Source: Klebsormidium nitens (Eukaryota > Plantae > Klebsormidiophyceae). Taken from it: a stretch of DNA of 64,000 nucleotides. Below are positions 23,367 through 35,493 of the stretch, piece by piece. The number at the start of each line of letters is the position of its first letter. Within the stretch, counting starts at the first letter, position 1. The DNA is taken from contig DF237290.1 in the NCBI GenBank assembly GCA_000708835.1, forward strand, positions 1 to 64,000, in the 5' to 3' direction. The translations under genes were made by a program, and so were the position numbers. The notes under the pieces are model-generated. The model was not told the origin of the DNA, ran no database searches, and saw only the letters and a program-made list of their open reading frames with translations.

Positions 23367-26300
23367 TTAAATATAAACGCGCGCTTGCGGGACCCAATAG
23401 CGAATGCTATACAGCAGCGTCAGCAGTACGTAGTAGACCGCCAGCGACCTGCCAACAGGGACCACCGAAAACAGTGAATAAGAAGCAGACGATGCTTCGC
23501 AAGAGCCCTTTGGCACTTCGAGCAACGCAAAGCCCCTCTTTCCTAAGGCCAGCTTTCGGTTCACCTGCTCAATGAGGGAATAGCAGAAACCAAGCCCCAT
23601 CTGTTCTTCTACGGCTTTACTCTACAACTACAAGGACTGCCTCAACCCATCTCAGTAAGCGCATGCACTCGCAAACAACATAAGCTACTCCAAGCGACTC
23701 GCAACGGATCTAAGCCGCCCCTGCTCAATCATCAATTGCGTGACACACCAAGAGAGTGCTTCACTGATCGCTCCGGTGCCCGAACATACAAACCGCGTTG
23801 GTCCGCCAAGAAGACCTAAACATTTGCAAGCTTTAGGGATTCGAGCTGTTCCCTTACCACCAGATGGCCGCGAGGGATCCCCCTTTGACCAGCGTATAGG
23901 CCAGCATGACCAGGCCCGTCCCGGCAGCCGGCAGGAAGCTCGAGACGACATACGCGGTGTCTCCGGCCCCGATGAGAATGCCCTCCAGCGCGTTGTTCCA
24001 GCCCATGAGAATCATGGCGCAGCACGGCAGCATCGCAGTGGCGACGACCTTCAGAACGGCGTCGTCCTGCAGTCGGGGAAGCATCACATATAATGAAAAT
24101 ATGATGGTAAATCCAGGTTATTTATCTTGTTAATCTGTTGACGAGCTCGAAGTTGCACGCCAAATAGTGCGGAACATGCATCTCCAAACCGCACAGTAGT
24201 TTTGTTGCAGAGTGTAGTTAGTCGTGCAAGCTCCAAGAATGCAGAATATAACATCCGCACGGACACGAGCTGCTCTTCTGTCGCCGCAGCGCATCATGGT
24301 CGTAACAATTCTGGCAAGAGCGTCGTAAAAATACGACAATCCTTTTGGCTGGGTCAGTTGATCATAGCTGGATTTCCTCGAGAAGGCCAAGCACTGTCGA
24401 CTTCATGCAGGCAGCATTGTTTACTTCGCTGCGCAACAGCGCAAGCTCTGGACCTACCTGGATGAACAACCTCGGCAGGGACCCCCGCAGCCCCCACGTG
24501 GCTCCCGCGAGCCCGATCGATGCAATGACCGACCAAAGAATGACGCGGTCCGAGATAAGACGCGCGAGGCGCTTGCCGCGCCGACCGAGCGCGTTCACAA
24601 CCATGGACTGGCCGACCTCCAGGAACATCCACAGGATCGTCAACTGCAAGGGCGAGGGAGACGTTCATTCCGATCTGAGGGGAGGTAGACCCCAGTTGTT
24701 TTCTTCTGGTTGCGGGAAGAAAGTCAATCTCGGTTTTGTGGTCAGATACAGCGAAAACTCTTCATCATGGACTGGCCGACCTCCAGGAAAATCCGGAGGC
24801 CGTCGCCTGCAACGGGGAGAAAGAAGTGGGCTAGTCTGAGAGGGACAACGTTGGTCCTATCTCTTCAGAGAGGGAAAGGGAGCGGGCCGAGTAAGATTGA
24901 GCTGTTACTGTTCGACAAATGTCCGCCGACGAAAGCCTCCAAAAAATCCAAGATTTGCAAGGCGGCAAAACCAACTTAGCTCAAGGATGGATGGCGCGAA
25001 TAAGATTCTGAGCTGTGTGGGGAAAGCGAGTCTCGTTTGGGGGGAGCACATAAAGCGGAGTCGATCGGGAGGGGGAAGCTCGACTTTGTTTAAATGCAGC
25101 CACAAAATCGGTCTTGAGAGAGCAGCATTCATCTGATTCACAGAAGCAGGTTTGTCGAAAATGCTCGTTTCTTGCAAAGGAAGACGGCGTGATGCGTCTG
25201 AACGCAGGGCGAAAACGGCAATTGTTTTTCGTGGCGAGAGCACAGACCCTGACACCTGTCATCGATCTTTTTCTCTGCTATCGCTTCAACGCACCCCGAC
25301 AATAAGGACGAAACGCTGGGGGAAAAAGCGGGATGTGGGCGTAACAATCAAATCTCTTTTACTTCAGGAACCGACAATTCAAGCACAGGGCAAATTGCAC
25401 CGTCTGCTCACCTGGAACATCTGCAAGTTGTTGACCAATTGGTAACCGGCCGCGTTCACGGAGCCGAGTCGGGTAGCCACTACCCCCGCAAAGCTGTAGA
25501 TCGCAATGATTGTGAGGGCGCGGAACAGCAACTGCACGCAAGAACGACGAGAATGAGGACCAGAACAACTTTAAAAGAGAGACGAACAGCATGAAATCGA
25601 ACAGAGGCTGGGTCAAAATTCTACTGCAGAGCTGAAGATCGTGATGGCCGAAACCGCAACTCCAATCAGAAACGGCGGGACTCAGGGCACCGTAGGTTCA
25701 CCCGCTTCGAATCCTTAGCAATCAACAAAGCGACGATGCATTCAAAGACAGCACCGCCTTTGATGTCACCCCCCTCCTACGGTCGCGAGAGGCTAAAGCC
25801 ACCATTACCAGCGGCAAACTTCGAACACTATCGGCTGCTTTGCTTGAAGCGGCCGTCGTATGACCCGTAACCGCTCAGCAACCAGATAGCCCGTCTGCGC
25901 GCAGTTCGGGTTGCTCATATACGGAACCACGTGTCAGATTCTCGGTGACACGCGAGCAGATTATCATGCGAAGTGGCCGCCGTGATACCACGTGGTCAGA
26001 CGCCCTCTTCTACCAACAGGTGGCCCTGCACCTGGCTCTCGTACAAACTTTAGCAAGTAGAGCGGCGGAGGATGCTCACCCCAGAGCAGTCTTGTAGGTA
26101 GTGCTTGTAGTCTTGCCACTTCGGGACCCTGCAAGAAAAAGGTCCAACGTTCGGCATACGACCTGACGCTGAATTCGCTGAAGTCGCGGAGAAATTCTTT
26201 CGCCCACAACTTTTTCCTCGCTCTCTTTCATGTCGCTAGGTGCCGCAACAATCGCTTTATCCATGCAGGCTCATCGTGCTCTCATCCTGCAACACACTGC

Positions 26301-29300
26301 TTCGAGTCGACTGAAATCAGGTCGGATTGAGACAGAGTTGCTGACGTCACCTTTCTTGCGCCCTGCCCGCCGGTGCCGGCGCGGCAAACGTCTTATGCCG
26401 CAGCATGAGCCAGGCAAACATGGCGACACCTGAAACGAGGGGAAAAGAGACCGTTTGGTAGGCAGGGTGAATTCGCGGGAAAAATGCTGAGGCGGAGCGA
26501 GTATTGCTAAGTTCATGCTGATATGCACCAAGCTCCTAGTCCTTTGTACCAAACCACCATCTTTCACGCCCCGTTCGTCCGTATAAGCGCACAAGCAATC
26601 CCAACCGATCCGACAAGGGGCAGCTATTGCGCGAGGCTGAAAAAAGAAGTCATCAAAAGCGGAGCTATAGCAAGCTTACAACTGCTCAAGCTCACAAACT
26701 CGTCAAACCGAGTACAAACGTGACAGCTAAAATGCACAGAGAGGGCGCCAGGTGTCACCTGCCCATTGGCTGAGAGAAGTGGCGATGGCAGCCCCCGCGA
26801 TGCCCCAGCCCCACGAAAACATCATGATGGGGTCGAGGATCCCGTTTAGGATGCCGCACAAGACGACGATTATGGCGGGCGTCCGAAGATCAAGGGTCGC
26901 ACGGTAAACGGCTTGAAAGACTGCAGCGAACGGAGGAAAAGTTGTGTGCGAGGCTGTTAAATTGTACTCAAAAGCTTGGGGTGTAAGCGTCAACGCTTTT
27001 CTGGGCTGGGTCGTTGTAGGAAGTTTGAGCGCCAGGTCTGACGAGAACTTGAAGGTGATTGCGATTCGTCGGACTTGTCGTTTGCTCAACTTCTGAAGGA
27101 TTCTGAAGCCTGCGAATCTGCTTCAGCAACCCAGCGCTGACCTCGAATCCACGCGACAATCGACAAATCTGCAGTGCTTCGTCGAGAATCGATTTTTAAA
27201 GATCACTGAGACAGCGACAGAGACGCGTCAGCCCAGACAGCAGACGCATGCCTTGAGAAGCAACAAGGTTTTGTACGAAACTGCAGCCACAATACTGAAG
27301 GAGCACCCAACAATCAAATCTAACCTGCCACTTCAAATGTCGTTTTCCCGAGCTCCTGAATCACAACTATGGTCCGGTTCCAGAACTACATGAGAGACCT
27401 CAAGAAAGTGAAGCGGCCTGCAGAGCTTACCTAGGAGGAGCAGCGACGCCGGGACCCCAGACGCCCGGATCCGCAGGTACAATAGGGTATCGGCCATCAT
27501 ATCCGGCTGGGTGCCTATGGCTGACATCAGCTGGGGTCCGAACGCCAAGAGCGCCCCCATCCCCAGCGCCCCAACGATGACCGACAGCCACACCGACGTC
27601 AGAATCGCGCGCTGCATCCCGATGACGTCACCTTTGGCGTGCGCGTTCCCAACGATCTCGGCGGTCACGATGCCCCCCGTGAAACTCATGATTAGGAAGA
27701 CGGCGTTGAAGACGACCGAGTTGGGGCCGAGCGCGGACAGGGGGATGACGCCAAGCCGCCCGACGAACAGCTGTACGAAGGGGGAACGAAATTTTTACCA
27801 ACTTGGAGAGGGAAGGGAGAGGGGGACGGAGATAGTTGGGGCCGAAGGTGGACAGGGGGACGACGCCGAGCTGCCCGACGAAGAGCCGTACGGAGGGGGG
27901 CGAAGGAACAATTCGCAATGGGGGGGCGGGCGGAGGTAAGAGATGGGGGGCCAAGCACCGACGGGGGGATGATGCCCAGCTGACAGACGAACGGCTTTCC
28001 GAAAGGAAGGAGGACATGAATGCAACATCCGAGAGAGGGGCGAGTACGGAAGTAAGTGGTTGGGAGTTAGCGTAGACGGAGGCTTACACCCAGCTCACCG
28101 ACAAACAGCTGTACCGAGTTATGGAGCGGGTGAGGATATGAATCCAAAGGCAAGAGGAGAAGGGGTGAGTACAAATGTTAGTGGCTGGCGCCGACTACGG
28201 TCAGGAGGACGAAGCGTGGCTGACCAACAAACCGCTGGAGGGCAGGGGGGGACAAGTAAGCAACGGGTTCCAAGGGGAAAAAAGTGCTAGAAACATGGGC
28301 AAAACTTTGAGCCAGAGCATGAACATGGGGACGACGCCCAGCTGGTCACAAAGAGCTTGGAGAGGTCCGCGAGGGAGAGTTGGTTGGAACGGGGTCCAGA
28401 AAGAATTTGCTGGGGGGTGAGGGGGCCGCAGGGGGAGTCGATTGAGAGTGGGCACAGCAAAGGCGCAGGGGGACGAAGGCGAGCTGGCGGTGGCAAGGAA
28501 AGGGGCAAGGAAAGTTGCTGCAAGCCCGGGAGAGGGAGAGGAGGGAATGCAAGTCTGACGAGAAGATAAGTCAAAAGGCAAGGGTAAAAAGCAGGCAAGC
28601 TTTGGGTATGATGCCAAGCTGACTGTCGAAGACCTAGGAGTGGGTCAGAAGAGGCGTTTCTTTTGGGGGGGATCCAAGGCTTGGAAAAGCAGTGGACTGA
28701 TTCGCGAGAAGGTGACATCAGCTCTTTCGCTTACTTCGAGTCAGGGAGTGGAGTAGCATATTGAAGGACATAAGGTGGAGGAGAATCAGAGAACTGGGAG
28801 AAAGGGTGAGTAAACTGCGGGCAGAGAGCTGGGGAGGGAATGGGGGTTTGGAGCTACAAAAAAGCTACAATAGTGAGACAACCGGGCTTATCGTTGACTT
28901 TGATAAAAGTGCCTCGTTGACTACTCTCACCAGCACCATCACTGAACGAGAGAGTCAGAGTTCACATGCCAACTCTGCCCCTCCATCCCCAGTATCGAAA
29001 GTGATCAGAATACTTCTTCCCGGTCTGGCGTCTTCACTCAGCTCAACTCGCCTCAAAAAGACAGACAAACCAAGTGCTTGAGGAGTAATCGAGAGGAGTA
29101 CCATGAACCAGTACTTACCGTGTCAACCATCGACATAATGGGATCCGCAATCGCAGCACTCGAGGCCGTCAGCGTGTTTAGGATCACAGCACGATCGATC
29201 TCTGCAACACTTTCCCCCTCTAGCTCGCCGCCAGCTGGCACCGCCTCATATGTTGCGCACTCAACCCTCGCGCCTAGTTCCCTCCTCTTCCCCAGACCAC

Positions 29301-29607
29301 CCGAACTGTTTTGGTTACCGCTGCATCTCAACCCGTTCTGACCAATCTTTGCAACGCCTGCTTGTTGGTCTGTACCTGTCTTTATTCTGCAACGCACGTT
29401 ACTTCGAATGATATCCGCTGATTCAGCTGATCTTCTTGTACCTGACGCCTGCGAAACAGTTTTGAAGGAGGCGGGCAACCTCCTCCAGAGAGACGAGTGT
29501 CCTGGCCCCTCTCTTGTTCTATTCTGAAACAAGCTCCCAGACTGAGAGACAGCACATCGAGCATGGGACGCCAAGGAGCGCGCCCCCATTGCGGACGACG
29601 ACGCCAT
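23367..29607 (-). CDS. MATE (DinF-like/DTX) efflux transporter with probable plastid transit peptide (571 aa)
   Basis: Exons 29607..29119, 27770..27431, 26920..26759, 26429..26351, 26128..26080, 25531..25412, 24643..24458, 24066..23858, 23448..23367; phases are consistent (1716 nt). Motifs: ADPIMSMVDTLFVGRLG, YLRIRA, DLRTP, LDPIMMF.WG.AGAAIAT, EGILIGAGD. Confidence 0.9.
27720..28500 (-). repeat. Degenerate tandem array (109-143 bp period) of the MATE exon-2 acceptor plus first codons
   Basis: Real AG at 27771-27772; echo positions 27886, 27995, 28109, 28235, 28356 and possibly ~28499. Confidence 0.85.
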
Positions 29608-30120
29608 CTTGTTTCAAGATGCTCGGATCTGAAAAGCAGCGGATCTCCCTCAGCTCTAATCTCCAGAGGAGACCCGCATGGTGCGACCTGTGATCTGCTG
29701 AATCCACATTCAACGCCCTTTTTGGCAAGAAAGTCGGGGGCTTTTGTGAACAGTGAACGGCTGAGCTGCTGAGTGGTCACGTACTTTGAACTGGAGCCTG
29801 CGCAAGATCTCCTCTGCAGCAATATTTTGCCTGCTCAAGAAAATGGCTGGAAGTTCTGCCAGGGAAGCTAAGAAAGCTTTTTGGTTAGGACCGTGACCAC
29901 CGGTTGAGCTGATTCCGCGCGAGACTGAATGGGCCAGAAGAATGATTTAATATTATTAAACAGCAAAAGTTGCAAAATTTAAACCCATCTGCCTCCGAAA
30001 TACCCGCTAAAGTACCCTAAGTTCCAGCTGTGCTGACCACCTTCTTTGTCAAGATCCCAGGCTGTGTTTGGAGGTTGTTCTTCCCAGTTCAGCTGTGGTG
30101 GAAGCGAGTCAGGCCGCTTC
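29608..30120. promoter_or_regulatory. Bidirectional intergenic/promoter region between MATE and the small gene
   Basis: Head-to-head ATGs 513 bp apart; site-II-like TGGGCC at 29930-29935 followed by an AT-rich stretch. Confidence 0.5.
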
Positions 30121-30808
30121 ATGGACGTCGACGCAGAGAGTGTGAAGAGAGAGTCTTTGAAAAGGGAGTTGCAGACGCTACAGGCACAGCCCGTCAATTC
30201 GCGCTACGCTTTGCACCGACGGCGGGTGGTGCTGAGATCTCTAGAGCTGTTGGAGATTGCTGGCCAGGTAAAACATTGCTTAGAGTCTTGAGTACATCTT
30301 CATAATATGTTCGTCATTACTTGGCAGGAGCCCTCCTAGCTGGCAGTACGGGTCGGCCGTTGGGTTTGCAGCAGAGGGACTAGTGAGGGGTTGGAAATGC
30401 TGACCGAAAGTTTGCAGAGGCTGCGTCTCCTGCCCCTCTTTGAACCCTAGTATCATGCACTTTTCCCACATGTAATGCTGAAGATGGTCGGAAACCTTAC
30501 GCATGGGTCTGTATTATCCGGGAACGCATGCACTTTAACGGCTCAAGCCAGCCAGACGACGTGTTATCTCGGTTCAGTGTTCGTTAGGGACTTCTTTGCA
30601 CTCGTCCCTTTGCCAGCTTCTGCCCGGTTTTGCCAGTCGATTGTCAATTGATTCTCATTTAGAAGCTGAAGAAATGATTTTCAGGGCCGCTTTCTGTTCA
30701 TGATTTCTCCGATACTTAGAACCCTAATTGGGGCTTTTGCTTGTGCAGGAGCGTACAGCGGCCCAAGCTGCGGAGTTAGAGCAGCTCTTGAGTAACCTGT
30801 CGCTCTAG
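30121..30808 (+). CDS. Small helical protein (68 aa), resembling a family of uncharacterised plant proteins
   Basis: Exons 30121..30267 and 30749..30808 with a phase-0 GT-AG intron. Product: MDVDAESVKRESLKRELQTLQAQPVNSRYALHRRRVVLRSLELLEIAGQERTAAQAAELEQLLSNLSL*. The family resemblance is from memory and was not searched. Confidence 0.75.
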
Positions 30809-31081
30809 AGGCCTCTGAAAGAACAGGTCTTCTAGGGATTGAGGGGTGTGGTGGTCTTTAGTAACGTGGCAGCAATCGCAAGATGCTGGAAGGCTGCTAG
30901 TGTAGGAAAACCCTAAATGCCTAAGATCTCTTGGGGACTCTTCGCATAGCATTACAAAGTCGAGAAGCAGAGAGGTTTTGGACTCTCTGTCGTCCAAAAG
31001 CTCCATAGCAGCGTCTCGGGAAGCCCTGCTCAATCAGCCGCCCCCAGTCCCTTTACACACACCACAAAAGCTAGCCCCCCC

Positions 31082-34000
31082 ATGGAAGTACTCTTGCCCA
31101 ACCCCGACCCTCTGGGTGGCCCCCCAGTAGACAGCCGTAGTTTTGATCGTACCGGGGGGCAAGCCAGCACTTCGTACGATAGTTTCGGCGCGTGGCGGGT
31201 GCAGCAGTATGTGAACATTCTGCAGCCCCAGCGGCCGTGGCTGGGGCTCTACAACTCGTTCGTGAAGGTGACGGCGCCAGCTGTCGGCGTGCGAGGGGTG
31301 CAGGACCAGGCGCTGTTGCACAAGATGCTGCCAGAGGACTTTCTGTTTGAGGTGAGCGTTTTGGAGGAATCTAGCGGACTCCGCTTTTTGACGAGGCAAA
31401 CTTTCATTAAATGAGTTGCGTCATAAGGGTGTTGCAATGCTATTGCCAACGGGGGGTGTTTCTAAACGTCTTTTGCCTGCACCAAGACAGGGAAAGGAGT
31501 TGTGAATGTGTTAGCCGAGTTAGACACCTTCTTCTGCTTCAAACACCCCTGGACCTAGTTCCTAAACCCCGTTTGTCACAAATTGGCTGCACCTTCGCCT
31601 AAGCCCTTCGTACCAACACCTGTGTCTCACTGCAAGTCCTTCTTGACCAGAGCCAATCAGCAAAGCCCCTTGTTTCAGTTGCCCCATGAATACACTTCCC
31701 TGTGCCCCTTTCGTCCATGGTTCCATTTTACCCTCACTTAGAGCCCTTCACCTGTGCATCCACGGCTCACAATAGAATGTTGGCTGCCGCATGCGCCCTT
31801 GGCCACATTAGTTATCTTCTTTCCGCAGTATGTTATCAAGTTCTTGGACAAAGTCAGAGTCGCGTTGACCTCCTGAGCCCACGTTTACAGCTCAAGTCCT
31901 TTCAACCACATCTTTATACCCGTCCCTTCAGGTATTCGCGCGCGCTTCTCCCTACACCCTGGGTCGCGCCATGTGCGTGTGCCGCAAGTGGCGCTACATG
32001 ATCCGGCACAACCCCGCGCTCTGGCAGGCCGCCTGCCTCAAGGCCTGGCAGACCATAAGCTATGCCGAGAACGTGCGCTTATGCCGGGCACAGTACGAGG
32101 GCAGCTGGCGGAAGATGTTTCTGGAGCGGCCGCGGTTGCGCACCGACGGGGTCTATGTCAGCAGGAACACGTATGTCAAGGCGGGGGTCGCGGAGTGGAC
32201 CGCGCGAAAGTCAGTGCATGTGGTGAGTGTTATTAGCCCGAAAGGCGTGTTTTCTGTTTTTGAGTTCTCCCACGGTATAATTCAGTTATGCAGAGGGGTC
32301 TGACAGAGCTCCGACTTCGTAATGGTGGGAGGTTTGCTGACCGCGCTTTTCGGAACTCATTGTTTTTGGCATGTCGTCTAGAAACATCGCTCTCAGTGAC
32401 GTGGCCCGCCCAGCGTTGAGGTTGATGAAGATCTTGGTTCGATCATTGTGTGGATGTAAAGCGATTTGGTCTGGAAGGACGTGTGAAAGCTACCCGATCC
32501 AAGGAAGATTGTAATGTCAGCGACTTGAGCACTGCCGTTCGTTTCGAAGGTGACCCTTTATTCCGAAGCTCGTCTTCAAGCGACAAGCCGCTAGGCTCAC
32601 CTGTCTAGAGAACGTGAGCAGCAGAATGCTGCAATCGGTTTCGCAGGTCGTTGTCAATGCAGACCAGTTGCAGCAATTTGCGTGACGCCGTTGAATCGCG
32701 AAATGGGTCCGAAATTGATTGCACGTACTTTCTAGAATCTGGTTCTAGGTCGTCCATCGCCCTTCAACTTTCAATGACTCTGCACGTCTTGGGGGCGACT
32801 CATAGCCAGAAGGAGTCAGCATAAGATATGAAGTAAAGAGTTGCAAAACAAGGCCTAATTTCTGAACCTGCTGCTGCCTGCGTGTGCAGGTGGTGTGGTT
32901 CCGGTACCTGCGGTTTACTCCGGGGGGCAGAATCCTGTACAAAACGTCCCCCCATCGGCTGGCCCTCGTGTACAAAAACCTGCTAGGCCTGCGGTCAAAC
33001 CCAGCGGAGATGATCTACGGCGGCCGGTTCTCACTGAAAGACGACGAGGTGCGCTGCTGAGCCCGTGTTTCTGTGTCCCTTTTGTTGCATGCATAGTTTG
33101 TCCTGGAAGTTAACTAATGACTCTTCCTTCAGATTTGAGACCTCCTATGGCTGCATCTCGTTCTGCCTGACTCGTCTTGCTTTTCGTCCCCTAGTCAATC
33201 ACGAACAAGAGGTCTGTCACGACCGTTGGCGGTTTCCGTATCTGGTTCTTGTCTTGACGTTGCCGTTGTCAAGTTAAGCCGTCAGAGTTCGTGCACTTCC
33301 CAGGCGTATAGGAAGCAGCTTGAATGCTTCCGACTCGTCTCGAAGTCAGATGTTTTTCCTTCGTGTTTTTCTCTTTGTTTCTAACGCCCTCAGGTCAGAT
33401 GGATCTGGGCAGCTAGTCGGAAGGTTGGTCCGTTGACTTGTTCTGAAGTCCGGTGCTGAAGCTTTTCTACGGATCATCGTCAGAAGAGCGCGCAGTTTCA
33501 GGCCTGATGCTGTGCCGTTAGCGGGCTCTGCGTTTCCGCTTTTCTGAGTTTACCAGATCAACTGACGCGTGCTCTCATCTGGTACGTTCGCGAAGGCTCG
33601 TGCTGACGCGCTTGAAGTAGAAGCGAGAGCGACGAGTACGGATACCCGACTTTTTGCAAACTCGGTGAATGTTCATTGTCAAACATTCAGGTCCTCTTTC
33701 TGAGCTTGAAATTAAGGCGTTGGCAATTGGTTGTAAATTTTTGCAAATCTGGCCTGGCCAGAACTGAGGTTGTCAACATTGAAATCTCAACTATTTGCCT
33801 TTATTTGCCAGGTCGAGGCGGCTATCAAATACCCGGGGTCCCGACCGACTGTGCTCCGGCTGAAGGTGAAAGTCCGGGGAACTATCCCGGGCGCTTGGAA
33901 CCGGCTTGACATCAAGTCAATCATCACCACCGGGCTGGAAGTGAAGCCCGGGGACGAAGAGGAAAACGTGCTGTACGAGACGGAGGACTGGGACGAGGAT

Positions 34001-34138
34001 TACTCGGCCAATCAGGACGTGCCAGCTGTCAACCACAAGCGGGGCCTGATGGCGTTCGTGTTCGTGCCGTTTGAGGAGGCGGAGACGTCGGTGCTGAACC
34101 TGCCGATCGATAAGATGGATTACTACGTGCCAGGATAA
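31082..34138 (+). CDS. FBP7: F-box protein 7 (SKIP32)-like (348 aa)
   Basis: Exons 31082..31351, 31932..32222, 32890..33048, 33812..34138, all phase 0. F-box [10 protein letters not shown]...[33 protein letters not shown]...KMDYYVPG matches plant FBP7. Confidence 0.92.
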
Positions 34139-34189
34139 GGTGTGAGATGAGTGGGGGGGTCTGAGTTTTGGTTAGTCGGTAACCAGGAT

Positions 34190-35340
34190 CGAGGTCACTG
34201 GGCCGATTGTGTATCATCCTGTATATATTGTCTGTGATTCCGTTCGAGTAGCTGTTTCGAATCTCGTACGGCGCTGTTATCAGATATCTCCCGAGCATAA
34301 TTATGAGTGCATTGATGCAACTATGACATTGAAGTTTATGAAGCCCTGCGTTGACATAGGTTTTTTGACTTGCTCTGCTTGCATCATTATTATTTCCGGT
34401 TGCAGTGCTCGACGGGCGCTGCATATGTCTGTCACAAATTTAGTCGAGTCGGGGAGTACGGTTATGGACCCTAGTATGCAAGGCAGCGTTTTCTATCGAT
34501 TGAGATGAAATTCACTACGCGCCATATGTTTCCATACATTCATATGCAGTGAACATTACCGGCCTATTATCCAAGAATAGGCACAAATGTACCGTACCGT
34601 CACATTATACCGCATATGCGCAGGTCAATTCGAACCGTCTTGATCCGGTAGAAGAGCTCGCCCATGACTTATTGTCCTGCGTGGCAGTGACTGCAGTGCG
34701 CGACCGGCACACGACGCGCGGGAAATGGTACACGCGTAACACAATGATTGTGATGGCGCGCCTATATTTGATGCTTGATTGCTTGAAGCTTACAGAAGAT
34801 GCTTTAGGATGCATGTCGATCATGTCGGACGCAATCATGAGCGGCATGCACTCAAAGTTGTATTCCGACACTAGTGGAGCATTGCCCGGGCATGATGATC
34901 GTCGACATCTGGAAATCAACTTGCAGACCAAAAAGGTCCATTCATCCGTCAAGGATTTCAGTCCGGCCGACGGAAGTATTAACGGCCCAGTGAGAGTTAT
35001 TATTCCACATTCAAAGACACTCCTGTTGCAACAAAAGTGTAACATTGCTTCTCCGGCCCAAAGTCACTGGTCACTGTCAATGCTTCATGAATTTTTCAAA
35101 ACTCGGCAGACTAGAGCTCTCCTACTCTTTTATCAACGGCTGATGCCTGAAGAGTACCCTTACACCTACTTCGAGTGTGTCCACTATCATAAATTTCAGT
35201 CCAAATGACAGCGTTCCAGTAACTACCTTCCTGCTATACTTATGCACAACCATATTGATGCAACTAAAGAGCTGCACCATTATACAACTACCCGATGGTG
35301 TGATTAACCAAACAATGACCACAGCCGTCTTTTTACAGGA
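34190..35340 (+). other. AT-rich insertion-like segment with an orphan 219-aa ORF (34549..35208)
   Basis: Composition shifts between two convergent 3' ends; intronless ORF with no recognisable family. Confidence 0.35.
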
Positions 35341-35493
35341 TCGTCCTTACAACCGTCCTTACAACCGTCTGAAGTCGTTCCTCGGGCGTCCGAACCGGGC
35401 ACCGTCGACCCGAACAGGCCGGTATTACGCTTCGGATCAGAGTCTGGGTTGAGGTGACCTTCGTGGCTAACCCAAAGCGCAAACCCTGGGAGC

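Noticed and set aside
34184-35343. hAT element with 8-bp TSD CAGGATCG (34184-34191 / 35336-35343)
   Set aside because: No terminal inverted repeats inside the putative TSDs and no transposase motifs; an 8-mer match can be chance.
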